Part shown: one piece after another, positions 1-12,700 of the stretch
Layout: each line of letters begins with the position of its first letter
Position numbering within the stretch: the stretch's first letter is position 1
Assembly: GCF_009914755.1 (NCBI RefSeq)
Contig: NC_060936.1
DNA length: 64,000 nucleotides
From: the human T2T-CHM13v2.0 reference genome, Homo sapiens
Strand: one strand, 5' to 3'
Translations under genes and position numbers: made by a program
The notes under the pieces: model-generated
What the model was told of the DNA's origin: nothing
What the model saw: only the letters and a program-made list of their open reading frames with translations
Database searches by the model: none

Positions 1-158
1 GGTATATGCCATCACACCCAGCTAACTTTTGTATTTTTTAGCAGAGATTGGGTTTCCCCATATTGCCCAGGCTGGTTTCGAACTCCTGACCTCAAGTGAT
101 CCACCCACCTCGGCTTCCCAAAGTGCTGGGATTACAGGAGTGAGCTACCGGTGCCTGC
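1..158 (-). mobile_element. Alu (AluS-like), left arm plus linker, cut by window edge
   Basis: Reverse-orientation Alu motifs: ttttgtatttttta, ctcctgacctcaagtgatccacccacctcggc, cccaaagtgctgggattacagg. Confidence 0.93.
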
Positions 159-639
159 TCTCTTTTAACTTTAATCACTCTTTCTTAGCTTTATTTGAAT
201 AATAATACCCATTTATCCTTGAGTTTTAATGCTCATTATTTTTTAATACATTTCTTCTAAAATACTTTTAATGTAGAAATACATTTTATAGTAGTGATAT
301 TTTCTACACTGGTATATTGAGGAAACCAGTTTTGGTGTAAACAATTAATTTACTCTACTCGGCATAAGATAATTTCAAAGATGAATATAAAACATGAAAG
401 CTCTTTTGTCAGCAGTATACTATATATAGGAAGAAAGAGGTATACATATGTGTGTATATATATATGAAAAAAATGTATATATACACATACACTAAAATAT
501 GCATTAAAGAAAACCTTGTATAGGTGGCAAAACTGAAATTTAAAGTATTGCAATTGTTTCAGTAGCATTGCTTATACAGTCTTTAACAAAATCCTTAATA
601 GAGTGGAAATAAAGGGTATACTCTTTATGAATACAGTAT

Positions 640-700
640 GCGTGAGTGTCTGTGTGTGTGTATGTGTGTGCACGTGCATATGTGTGTATTTATATATGTA
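640..700. repeat. Imperfect (TG)n/(TA)n microsatellite
   Basis: gtgtctgtgtgtgtgtatgtgtgtgcacgtgcatatgtgtgt. Confidence 0.75.
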
Positions 701-1329
701 CATGTGGACACATGCATTGTATAGATTATAAGCTTTAATCCTACCTTAGCATGGATAATGGAGAGTTAACTGTAAAATGTTTTAATTTTATCTGAATAGG
801 AAAACTCAAAGACAATCCCCACACTGCTGAATGCTAAATGTTCTTCTATGAGTTTAAGGTCAAAGACATGAAATGTAGATTAGGCACTTAGATTTCTACC
901 TGAATTTTCAGAAGCCCTTTTAAGAAGGCAGTTCACATTAAATGCATGGTTATAAATCCCATTTAAAATAACTCACTTCATGTTTTATTTTAGGTCTAGA
1001 ATTTCTTTTACTTTTATCAATAAAATTATGTCCCTTCCAACAACTTAAAGCGATAATTTGTGGTAGTTTATGATGGCATTTGAACCACATCTTATCTTTA
1101 CTCATTTGAACTTAGATATGCATTGGACAAGGATGGATAATTTGCCATATTGCTCACATGAAAATGGAGAGAATTTCTTAACTTGAAGAATTGTTTTAAG
1201 ATTAGCTTTGTGCACTGGAAGAGTGTGTGAGATTAAACTAAAAATGGGAATACATTTCAAAATAGTATAAACATTCTTAGTTTACAAATAAAAATATATA
1301 AATCAACACAACCAGGCAGTGTCTGCTCA

Positions 1330-1990
1330 GAAAATACTTCCACAAATTCTGGGAATAACCTTCATCCCCTTCTTTCCCTCACATCCTATTCCTTTTGTAC
1401 TCAATCAGTCATACAATCCTGTGGTTTCTATAACCAATATGTCTCTCAAATTCTGCTTTACTCCCTTACAATTTTATTAATATACATAACCCTGATTTTA
1501 TCACTCCATTGCTAAAAATCTTTTAAGGATGCTATTGAAGGACACACTCTTTACTATCATGTCTGCCTATCTTTGTATCTGCATCACCCACATCTAGCTC
1601 ACATGGATCCTATGTCTGTGTAGACATACTGAACTACTTACTCTTCTCTAAATGTGTCCTGCTGTTGCATATGACCTTTGTATTTTTATGCACAGTCCTC
1701 TTAATCTACAATAATCTTTTTCTAACTGGTCTGCCTCAATTACACATGATTAAACAAACCAGCTCAAAATCTGCCCACTCTGTTACATCAACACTGGCTC
1801 TCCCAACCTTAATCAGGCAGTGTTCTGTCCTCTTTTTCACAGAGCCTGAAGCACACATCAATTATCAAATCATCTCTCTCTCTCTCTGTCTCACTCTGCC
1901 CTTCTCTCTTTTCTTCCCTTCCTTCCCCTTTTTCCTAAGAATAGCGGACACCTTGAGGGCAAGGGGCTTTTGTATTTCTTAATTTAACCA
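1330..1990 (+). mobile_element. Degraded L2 LINE remnant(s)
   Basis: L2-like motifs (caatcagtcatacaatcctg; tcactccattgctaaaaatc; ccttgagggcaaggggctt); highly diverged. Confidence 0.5.
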
Positions 1991-4235
1991 ATCAAAGCAT
2001 GATTTTTCAAAATTATAGATACTTGTAACTGCATCCAATCTAGGATGTTAGTTTTTTAAATTTGTGTAGATAAAACATGTCTGTTTTTTTTTCCTCCAGC
2101 GTACTTTCAAACCCTATTAAAGCAAAGGCAGTCACCTGTTACTTCGACACCTGTTTCCTTTTTAGTACCTAACAGTATCTCACTTGTCAGATTGTTGAAA
2201 TGTATAAAGAAAACAACATAAATCCTGTCTCATGGTAAGTATACAAGAAATTTTAGCCATTTTAATATTTTTGAAATAATTATTTAAGGTTTTACTTGTG
2301 ATCATAATAACACATGCATTTTTAAACACAGAATACAATTAGAAAATACGAGAGGCAATTGAACTAAAGGGGTTATCTGAAAGCTGTGTATTCCTCTAAT
2401 TGTATCTATAAGAAAATTAAGACAGAGAAGTAAATGATCCTACAGTTCAGTGTTATAAAAGAGAAAGAAATTGAGTCCATTTTACTGACTAATCTTTTCA
2501 TTTTATAAACTCCCACACATTCAAAACATGCTTACTGTTTGATTTTAGTTAGTGACGTAATTTTGATGCTGACATGTAACCCATTTTTATTGTACGTGTA
2601 GAACTTCCCTACCACCAACATCACCACCATTACCATTCTAGAATATGGCTCCATGAGGGCAACAATAATGTGAACTTTCTTTACTATTCTGTAAAGAGCT
2701 CCTTGGCAATTAGTATGTGTTCACTAAATGTGGTAGAAGCAATATCTGTTTTAATTTAGGTGTTCTGGAAAAGAGTTCCTCAAGTGCATGTTTAAATTGG
2801 CTTGTTAGAATTTATTATATAACTTTCTAATAGCTTGACTTTGACATAATTTTCTCTCAGAATATTAGCTATCATTTTCAAATTCCAGAACTCATTGATT
2901 GCATATTCTTCTAAAGTTAATCACATTTCATAAGATACATTTCCTTGAATCTGTAACTTGAACAGATATCTTCAAAGCAACAAACTTGTCTTAGATAAAA
3001 CTCTTAAGAAACTACACTGACACCAGACTTTATATACTCTTACACAAGGTACGTTGAATAATCTTGGAATAGAAACTATGCTTTAGAGATACTTTTTTTT
3101 CATTTCCTAAAAAAAAACCTGTATGAAAATTAGCTATTTTCTATTCCCCTACCCCTCTAAATGACCCCATTTTCTTTCTTTCTTTTCTCAGCCATAATTA
3201 TGGTATGGATATCTATGCATTAGGATATTGAGAGAAAAAGAGAGAGTATGAGTTGGGATCCACCTCCTCAGAAAACTTCTATCAAAGAGCCTTCAGTTCC
3301 ATATTCAAGTAGGGATGACATTTTTCTGCTCACAGTGTCCAGTGAAAACTTCAAGTTCATCACTTTCCATATTAAGATGAAATATTTATATTTGCAGTGT
3401 CAGCACCTGACATAGGGCCCCAGACATCACAGATACTCAATAGTTATTTCTTCACCTGAATATTAGAATGCATTTTCTAACCCTAGCACCAATTTCCTAA
3501 TTTATTTTACAATTAAGTAATCCTCTCAATCTTATAATTATATTAGTTTTAGTCATTATATTTGGAACCAGCTGGATTCTTCTCTTGAGCATGTTAAAAT
3601 GTTTAAGATTAGTGATGTTCATATATGGATGCATGATTAAATATTGTATAATATTTAATAATCTAGTTATTTGGTTCATAAACAGCAAAGTGAATGCAAT
3701 TAGCAATGTATGCTGCTTACTTGATTAAAAATTATTCCTCATTTAAGCTAGTAATAACTGCCTTCATTGATTGAGCAATTTAGTGTGTGCCAGGCAAGTA
3801 TATTTATGAATTATTTGAATCCCTACTATAATATTTTTATTAACCTATTTATATTGGTGATGAATTTGAGCATTAAATTAATTAGACAATATGCATGATA
3901 TTAACCCCCTGATTTTTATCCTAAAGTTCATATTTGATTAATGCTCTTTTACCAAGTTGATACAGTGAGTATCTACATCTATCACTGGCTGAAATATACC
4001 AGTATGCTAAATCAGTAAGATCACTTTCTATTTCACTTCAAAATCAAAACCTTAGGTTTTCCAGGTCTATGTTACATTCCCTGTAGGAACACACTCACAC
4101 ACAAACCACATGTACACACTATAAACATAAACACAAATAATCTCTCTAGACTCATCTCTTCTCATTTATGCCCTCATTCATTCATGTCACCGGAATTAGC
4201 TTCCTTGCCCTTCTTCAAATTTATTTTTCTTAAGC

Positions 4236-7200
4236 CATCCCCTCAAGCATTTATCCTTTGAGTTACAATCCAATTGCATTCTTTATTTTAAAATACACAA
4301 TTAAGTTATTAATGACTGTAGTCATCTTGTTGTGCTATCAAACAGTCAGTCTTATTCATTCTTTTTAATTTTTGGCACCCATTAAACATCCTTACTTCCC
4401 ATCCCCAAACCCCAATACCCTTCACAGCCTCTGGTAACTATCCTTCTGCTTTCTATGTTAATGAGGTCAATTGTTTTGATTTTTAGATCCCACAAATAAA
4501 TGAGAACATGTGATATTTGTCATTCTGTGCCTGGCTTATTGCAACATAATGAGCTCCAGTTCTATCCATGTTGTTGCAAATGATTGGATCTCATTTTTAT
4601 GGCTAAATAGTACTCCATTGTGTATATGTATCGTATTTTTCTGATTTATTCATCTGTTGATGGACACTTAGGTTGCTTCCAAATCTTAGCTATTGTAAAC
4701 AGTGCTACAACAAACACAAGAGTCCAGATATCTCATTGATATGCTGATTTCCTTTATTTTGAGTATATACCCAGCAGTGGGATTGCTGGATAATATAGTA
4801 GCTCAATTTTTAGTTAATTGAGGAACCTCTCAACTATTCTCCCTAGTGATTGTATTAATTTACATTCCCACCAACAATGCACAATGTCCCCATTTCTCCA
4901 ATCCTTGTCATTTGTTATTGACTGTTCAATTTTTATTTAATTGAGGAACCTCTAAACTGTTCTCCATAGTGATTTTACTAATTTACATTCCCACCAACAA
5001 CGTACAATGTCCCCATTTACCCACATCCTTATCATCATTTGTTATTGCCTGTTTTTAGATGTAAGCCATTTTAACTGGGATGAGATGATATCTCATTGTA
5101 GCTTTGATTAGCATTTCTTTGATGACCATTGATGCTAAGCATCTTTTTATATGCCTGTCTGCCACTTTTATGTTTCCTTTTGAGAAATGTCTATTCAAAT
5201 CTTTTGTATGTTTTTTGATTGGATTATTAGATTTTTTTCCTCTAAATTTGTTTGAGCTTCTTATATATTATCATTATTAATCCCTTGTCAGAGAGGTAGT
5301 TTGCAAATATTTTCTCCCATTTTGTGGGTTGTCTCTTCACTTTGTTGATTATATCCTTTGCTGTGCAAAAGCTTTTTAATCTGGTGTGATTCCATTTGTT
5401 CACGTTTGCTTTGGTTTTCTTGTGGGGTACTGCTCCAGAAATCTTTGCCCAGACCAGTGTCCTGAGACTTCCCCCAGTGTTTTCATGCAGTTGTCAGATA
5501 GTTTGAGGTCTTAGATTTTAGCCTTTAATCCACTTTAATTTTTGTATATGGTGAGAGAAAGAAGTCTAGTTTCATTCTTTTGCATATGGATATCAAGTTT
5601 TTCCAGCACCATTTATTGAAGAGACTGTCATTTCCCCAGTGTATGTTCTTGCCAGCTTTGTCAAAAATGAGTTCACTGTAGGTATCTGGATTTGTGTTTG
5701 AGTTCTCTGTTCTGTTCCACTGGTCTATGTGTCTGTTTTTATGCCAGTACCATGCTGTTTTGGTTACTATAGATCTGTAGTATAATTTGAAGTAAGTTAA
5801 TGTGATTCTTCCAGTTTTGTTCTTTTTTGTGTAGAATAGCTTTGGCTATTCTGAGTTTTCTTTACTTCCATATTCATTTTAGGATCTTATTTTCTATTTC
5901 TATAAAGAATATCATTGGTATTTTCATAGGGATTGCATTGAATCTGTAGATTGTTTTGGATACTATGGACATTGTAACGATATTGATTCTTCCAATCTAT
6001 GCAAATGGAATATTTTTCTATTTTTTGGTGTCCTCTTTATTTCATCAGTGTTTTATGGTTTTCATTATAGAGCTCTTCTTTTGTTATGTTAATTCCTAGT
6101 TATTTAATTTTATGTGTGACTATTGTGAACAGGATTTCCTTTTTATTTCTTTTTCACATTTTCACTGTTGGCATATAGAAATGCTACTGATTTTTGTACA
6201 ATGATTTTGTATCCTGCAACTTTACTGAATTTATCCGTTCTAATAGTTTTCTTGTGTAGTCTTTAGTTTTTTCCAAATATAAGATCATATTATCAGCAAA
6301 TAAGAATAATTTAACTTATGCCTTTCCAATTTGGATGTTCTTTAAATATTTATCTTGTCTGATTGTTCTACCTAGGACTTCCAGTACTATGTTGAATAAC
6401 AGTGGTTAGAGTGGACATCCTTGTCATGCTCCAGAACTTAGAGGAAAAGCTTTCAGTTTTTCCCCTTTCAGTATAATACTAGTTTTGGGTCTGTCGTATA
6501 TGGCTTTTATTATGTTAAGGTACGTTTTCTTCTATATCCAGCTTTCTGAGAATTTTTATCATAAAGGGACATTCTTCAGCATCAACTGAAATGGTCATAT
6601 AGTTTTTACCCTTTATTCTGTTGATATAATGTTTCATGTTTTATTAGCATATGTTCAGCCATCCTCGCATTCCACAGATAAATCTCACTTGGTCATGATT
6701 AATGATCTTTCTAATTTTGAATTTTCTAATGTTTGAATTTTGTTGAATTTTGTTTGCTACTATTTTATTGAGGATTTTTGCATAAATATTAATCAGATAT
6801 ATTGACCTGTCATTTTATTTCTTTTTGGGGAGGGTGTTTTAATTTTTATTAAGTTCTCAAAACCACTAATACAAGTCTCCAACTTATCTCTTCAAATATG
6901 TTTTTTTATTCATTGTTTAAGTCCAATATATCAGATTTTAAATACTTCTTCATTAAAATTATTTTATTATGGGTAGGGTCATAAGACAGCTCATACAATG
7001 GTCACAGTTCTCTTGCTGTCTAAACATGTCCGTGTTTGGCATATTGAGTACCTTTTGAGGGCCAGCCAGGAAACCTGTAACCTGATTACCTCTTATAATG
7101 GTTTATAAGATTGTTATTTCTGTGGCCAGTATGTTTCATTATATCCTCCAAATGGCAAGAATAGGATGAGGAGGACCTATCTGTGTGGTAAGGGAGGAAA

Positions 7201-9147
7201 AGAGAGTCTGGGTCCAAGATAGTCGAATAGGAGGGTGAATGCTAATGCATAGGCAGAATTGCTCTCACAGGCCCTGGCCCTTGTGCCTCCGTCTCTCCCT
7301 CCTCTTCCTTTCTCAGAAGGACATGTGGTGACATCAGAAATATAGACTTCACCTACCTTCTGTATTATTTATCTGTAGCTACATAACAATCATGTGTCTT
7401 TCTCTGGCTTTGGTATCAGGGTAACACTGGCCTCATAGAATGAATTTGGAAGTATTTCCTTCTCTATTTTTGGGAATTGTTTAAGTAGGATTGGTAGTAG
7501 TTCTTTACATGTTTGGTAGAATTCAGAAGTGAAGGCATCAGGTCCCGGGCTTTTCTTTGCAGGGAAACTTTTTATTACAGCTTTGACCTTGTTACTTGTT
7601 ATTGGCCTGTTCAGGTTTTAGATTTCTTCCTGATTCAATTTTAGTAGGTTGTATGTATTTAGTAACATTTATTCTAGATTTTTCAATTTATTGGCATATA
7701 GTTGCTGATATTAGCCACTAATGATACTTTGAATTTCTGCAGTATCAGTTGTAATGTTTCCTTTTTCATTTCTCATTTTAATATTTGGACCTTCCCTTGT
7801 TTTTTCTTAATCTGGCTAAACGTTTGTCAATTTTGTTTAAATTTTCAGAAAACTTTTTGTTTCATTGATCTTTTGTATTTTTTATTTCATCTATTTCTGC
7901 TCTGATCTTTATTTTTTTCTTCTAATGTTTTTGGTTTTGCTTTGCTGTTGCTTTTCTAGTTATATAGTGACCTTGTCTCTTATTATAGTTTTTGTTTTGA
8001 AATCTATTTTTTCTGATATAAGTATAGTGATTCCTGCTTTTTATTGGTTTTCATTGGCATTGAATACATTTTTTCATATTTTATTTTCAGTCTATGTGTG
8101 TCCTTATAGGTGAAGTGTGTTTCTTGTAGGCTACAGATCAATTGTTTATATAACTATTCAGATAGTCTATGTTTATTGATCGGAGAGTCTATTTACATTC
8201 AATGTTATTATTGATAAGTAGGGACTCTGGTCATTTTGTTATTGGTTTTCTGATTGTTTTGTGGTCTTCTCTTCCTCCTTTCTTTTCTTCCTGTCTTCCT
8301 CTAATGAAGGTGATTTTTCTCTGGTGATATAATTCAGGTTTTTGCTTTTTATTTTTTGTGTATCCATTGTAAGTTTCTTGGTTTGTGGTTACTATAAGGC
8401 TTGCAAATACTATCTTATAAGCCATAATTTTAACCTGATATAAATACTATTTGCATAAACAAGCAAAAACAAAACTAATAAAAACTCTACACCTAAATTT
8501 TAAGAAGTTAAAAATGCTTTTTAACTTCTCATTGTTTCTATTTATTGTACTGAGTGCGTCTTGAAAAGTTGTTGCGGTAATTATTTTTCCTGACTTATCA
8601 TTTAGTCTTTTTACTTAGGATAAGAGTTGTTTACACACCATAGTTACAATGTTGTAATAGTCTGTGTTTTTCTGTGTACTTACTATTAGCTGTGAGTCTT
8701 GTACCTTCAGGACTCATTATTGCTCATTAATGTCCCTTTCTTTCTAATTGAGTATTCCCTTTAGCATTTCTTGTAGGACAAGTCTGGTATTGATGAAATC
8801 TAGCAGGTTTGTTTGTCTGGGGAAGTATTTCTCTTTCATGTTTGAAGAATATTTTTGCCAGGTATACGATTATAGGTTAAAAGATTTTTCCTTCAACATT
8901 TTAAATGTGTCATGCCATTCTTTCCTGGCCTCTAAGGTTTCCACTGAAAAGACTGCTGTCAAATGTATTGAAGCCCCATTATCTGTTATTTGTTTTCTCT
9001 TGCTGCTTTTAGGATCCTTTCTTAATCCTTGACATTTGGGAGTTTGATTATTAAATGCCTTGAGGTAGTCTTCTTTGGGCCAAATTTGCTTGGTGGTCTA
9101 TAATCTTCTTGTACTTGGATATTGATATCTTTCTCTAGGTTTGGGAT
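4236..9147 (-). mobile_element. Old L1 (L1MA1-3-like): 3'UTR, ORF2 with internal deletion near 7960, spacer and ORF1 end; interrupted at ~6827-7391
   Basis: L1MA-type 3'UTR (cctcaagcatttatcctttg, cagcctctggtaactatccttc, cccacaaataaatgagaacatg) followed by continuous antisense ORF2-like sequence; ORF2 5' part and ORF1 at 7960-9147. Confidence 0.88.
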
Positions 9148-9249
9148 TAAAACTTATTTCTACCCCTAGTTTACATTTTCTATTTTTCTGCCTAAGTGCT
9201 CTTAATGATAACTTGACCTCTGTAATATCTCCAGTGTAATTTCTATTAA

Positions 9250-9520
9250 TCAGTGACTGCTCAAATTTAAATAGCAACTCTCACCTACACCTCTCCCTAT
9301 CATACCTACATGCTATATTTTCTCTAGGCACTTTTTAAATCATTTAACACATTTTGTCTCTCTTCTTTGTAATATATTCCCTCTCTCTAGATTGCTAGCT
9401 TGACAGGGATAAGAATTTTCTCTCTTTAGTCTAACACTATATCTATCCCTAAGGTATAGATTATAGTCTGGTTCATAGTAGGTACTCAATTAATGGTTGT
9501 GGAATATACCAATGAATGAA
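9250..9520 (+). mobile_element. L2 3' end remnant
   Basis: ctggttcatagtaggtactcaattaatggttgtggaat...aatgaatgaa resembles the L2 terminus. Confidence 0.6.
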
Positions 9521-9634
9521 ATAATAATGCATGAAAAAATGCCTGAAGTCCATAATAAATTTGACAGAAACATTTATCAGCACAGAATTGATTATAGCTA
9601 TAATCTACATAATTAACTAAAATTATGTCCGATA

Positions 9635-9790
9635 GTCACACAGGCTTAAACTTAAATTCATCCTTGCTCACTTATTTACTATGTGATGGGTGTAATTAGC
9701 ACTTTCTTCAAACCTTGCATCTTTTAATGTAAAATGTTAATAATTTCTTCATAGCCTTATTTTCGGTATTGAATAAGAAGACATATACCA
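9635..9790 (+). mobile_element. MIR remnant
   Basis: cacttatttactatgtgat...catcttttaatgtaaaatg resembles the MIR core. Confidence 0.5.
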
Positions 9791-12700
9791 GTTAATAACA
9801 CTTTCTTCCATTTTCTTCTCTATATGCTGTAGGGTAAGATAAACATACATGAAGGTAAAGTGAAAGTGTAATTTATCTTTCAAACCAGAACTCATTTAAG
9901 AGCAAAAAAGGGTAATATTTATAATTATATTGGGACAACAGATGTACATCAGGTCTGTCACAAGTAAACCAGAACGTATGGTTAGCCTACCTAATAAGCA
10001 CACACAAATTCAGATATTGAAAAGAATTAAAAGCATACCAGTGTGCTGGCATAGTGGGTTGGCACTTAGTATCATTTGCATCATTTTCAGAGGTTGGGTA
10101 TCTAAAAACATTTCTCAAGATGCCCTTGCACAAGTTTTCTTAGTATTAATTAGGTTTTTCCAGTGTAATGCTTAATATGAGATTCAGAGGGTATAAGCAT
10201 AGGAAAGGGCATACTTCCTTTGCTTTAGCTGTTGCTGCAGACAAGTACAGTGATGTTGAGATTTTCTATAACAGAGACTAATGTCTAGCCACTACCTTAG
10301 TGGTTGTTGAGAGACAGTTTTGATAGTGGTGTCTTCCTTGTGCCTAGATAATAGCCACAGTGGTATTTTATTAAAGTCCGAAAAAGACAGCAGCTCACTG
10401 GCAAGCCAGTTCTTCATGGAGTGATTCTGAATATTAGGCCAAAAGACCTTCAAGTGATTTGTAAGCATTTGCATTCCCATATTAAATGCTTGCTGCTAGG
10501 GATGGTACTGTTTCCTGCAGCTGAGAGTTAACGAACATACAAGATATACTAACAGAGCCTCCTAATTCACAGCACTGCTTCTCCACTTAGTGCTAATATG
10601 ATCTTTTCATAAGTGAGTGAGTAGTCTTGGCCAGTCTGCTTAAACAGCATACTAACAAATTTTGAAATACATCTTCACTTTAGTCAAGAATATAGAAGAA
10701 CTATCACTCTTTCTAATTGGTTGCTTCTCTGGAAGTTTTATCTTAAATATGTCTGTTATGGATCAATATTTCTGGGATGTTTTCTTGGATTGCATGGAAA
10801 AGCCACACATATTCACTAACACTCTTATCTAATCTCAGTTCTTCTGATAGTGAAAATACATAACCACAAATTAAGTCAAGTTTTTAACAATTAAGGAATG
10901 TGCTGTGCTGTCTAGATAAAACTATGCTCACCTTTTATGATTAATCTTTAATTAGTAGTTGACTTAGGTTAACATCTGCTGGCTTCCTCTTTTATTAATA
11001 AGCAAAGATACAGTCCGTGTCTTATAGATTTTCTGGGATATTCTGGTGTAAGTATCTATGATAAGTACAAGTTTTTGACTTCATTCACAAGTTTTTGGGT
11101 TGGCATAATGCACATGAGTTAAGGCATTCTTGTAAAAGAGTATAAATGCATTAGTATTTATTTTTCTGAAGCTTCCTAGAAAGCATTATTATTAATGATA
11201 GTACAAGATGATCATGTATATACAAAGACCAATGCAATCTTTTCAGATGTTTGTGTTGAGACAATTGTTGCATCTGCTGATAACAACAACAAAGTCTTCA
11301 GGAGACTGTTTATAATTTTTTTAGAATGTTATAACTTTGAATGTGAAATGATGAGTACCTCCTTTCAATAATTCAATATTAGAGTAAAATATTTTAGCCT
11401 TAGGTGAAGCTGAGTCAATGAGAACTTACATGGAGTATGTTTAGACCTCACAGTCAGAAGAACAAAGCTGTTTAGAGCCAATTTGTTTGCTTGAAATTGA
11501 ATGAAATACAATTATGCCTACACTGTGATAATAAATATGTAAAATTCATGAATGCAAATGGGTAACAGTTGGAAGGGAACAGAAGTGTTACTGTAGTTGA
11601 TTTGATAGTTTAGTAGGATTTGGAATATTTTAATTTTACTTTCAGGTTATTGGTATGATAAACACATAGAAATATAATGAATTAAATTTCTGTCTAGCAT
11701 TTTATCCCACAATTTATCATGGTGATATCTGAATCTGATACACAGTCTGGTCAAGTATCCTGGTGATATTGAATAGGCTGGTTCAATTATGCTTAAATTA
11801 GAAATGGAGAAGTAGAGTCCCAAGGACATTGGGACTTATGTCGACCAAGTGACTCCCAGACTGTATCCAGTAATGGCAATAAAGGAATGAATCTAACCCT
11901 GTCAACATTCAAACTCCTTCGGGTTAACCAAACAAATCAAGATGAGGTATTTAAGAATATAATTTTCTTACAGTAAAGACTACATAAATAAATAAAACAT
12001 CACTACTTTACCCAGCATATAAACACAGATAAGAAAATGGCACAAACTGGGAAATAATATAAAAGAGAAAATAAGGACAGTAAAATTATATTATATTGCC
12101 TCCGGCTTACACAAACTATTTTAAGGATGCAATGACCTCTTTCACATAAAATTTTAGAAAATTAAAATCAGAATATTTTCTCTGAAAGAAGTTTTCAGAA
12201 AGTTTGTGTGTTAAATAGCTTTACGCCTTCAGGACTACATATTTCACATGAAACACTAAGAAAGCAGAAAACAAAGTAAAAGACCCCTAGGGATTTCAAA
12301 TCTCACAGATTTACTTTAAAATGTTTTTTGAGGAAATGAGTTTCCTACAAAGGGACATTCAGGCTATCAAAATATCTACTGAAAAGAAAGTGAATGAAAT
12401 ATTCAATGACTTTTCTCAAAATAACAAAAGTAATAAAGAAAACCATTAGCAACAGTAACCTATTTTAAAGGCAAAAGTCCTTTCAGACTTAGTGCTTTAT
12501 TTTTCCTCTCTATATTTCAGTGGCATTATCTGCCAACAAATAACTGAACTCTATTTATCAGGGTCAACACATCTGCTAATAAATACCAACATTAGCTTTC
12601 AAGCCTTGCATTTCCAAGTTTAATACTGTATTTAAATAGTACCACAAAGTTTAACTATTCCTTTATTCCGTTTTGAAAATATAAATAAACTATATGTATC

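Noticed and set aside
10510-10618. Possible 92-nt exon (tttcctgcag ... aa|gtgagt)
   Set aside because: Short pyrimidine tract, no recognisable coding similarity, expected by chance
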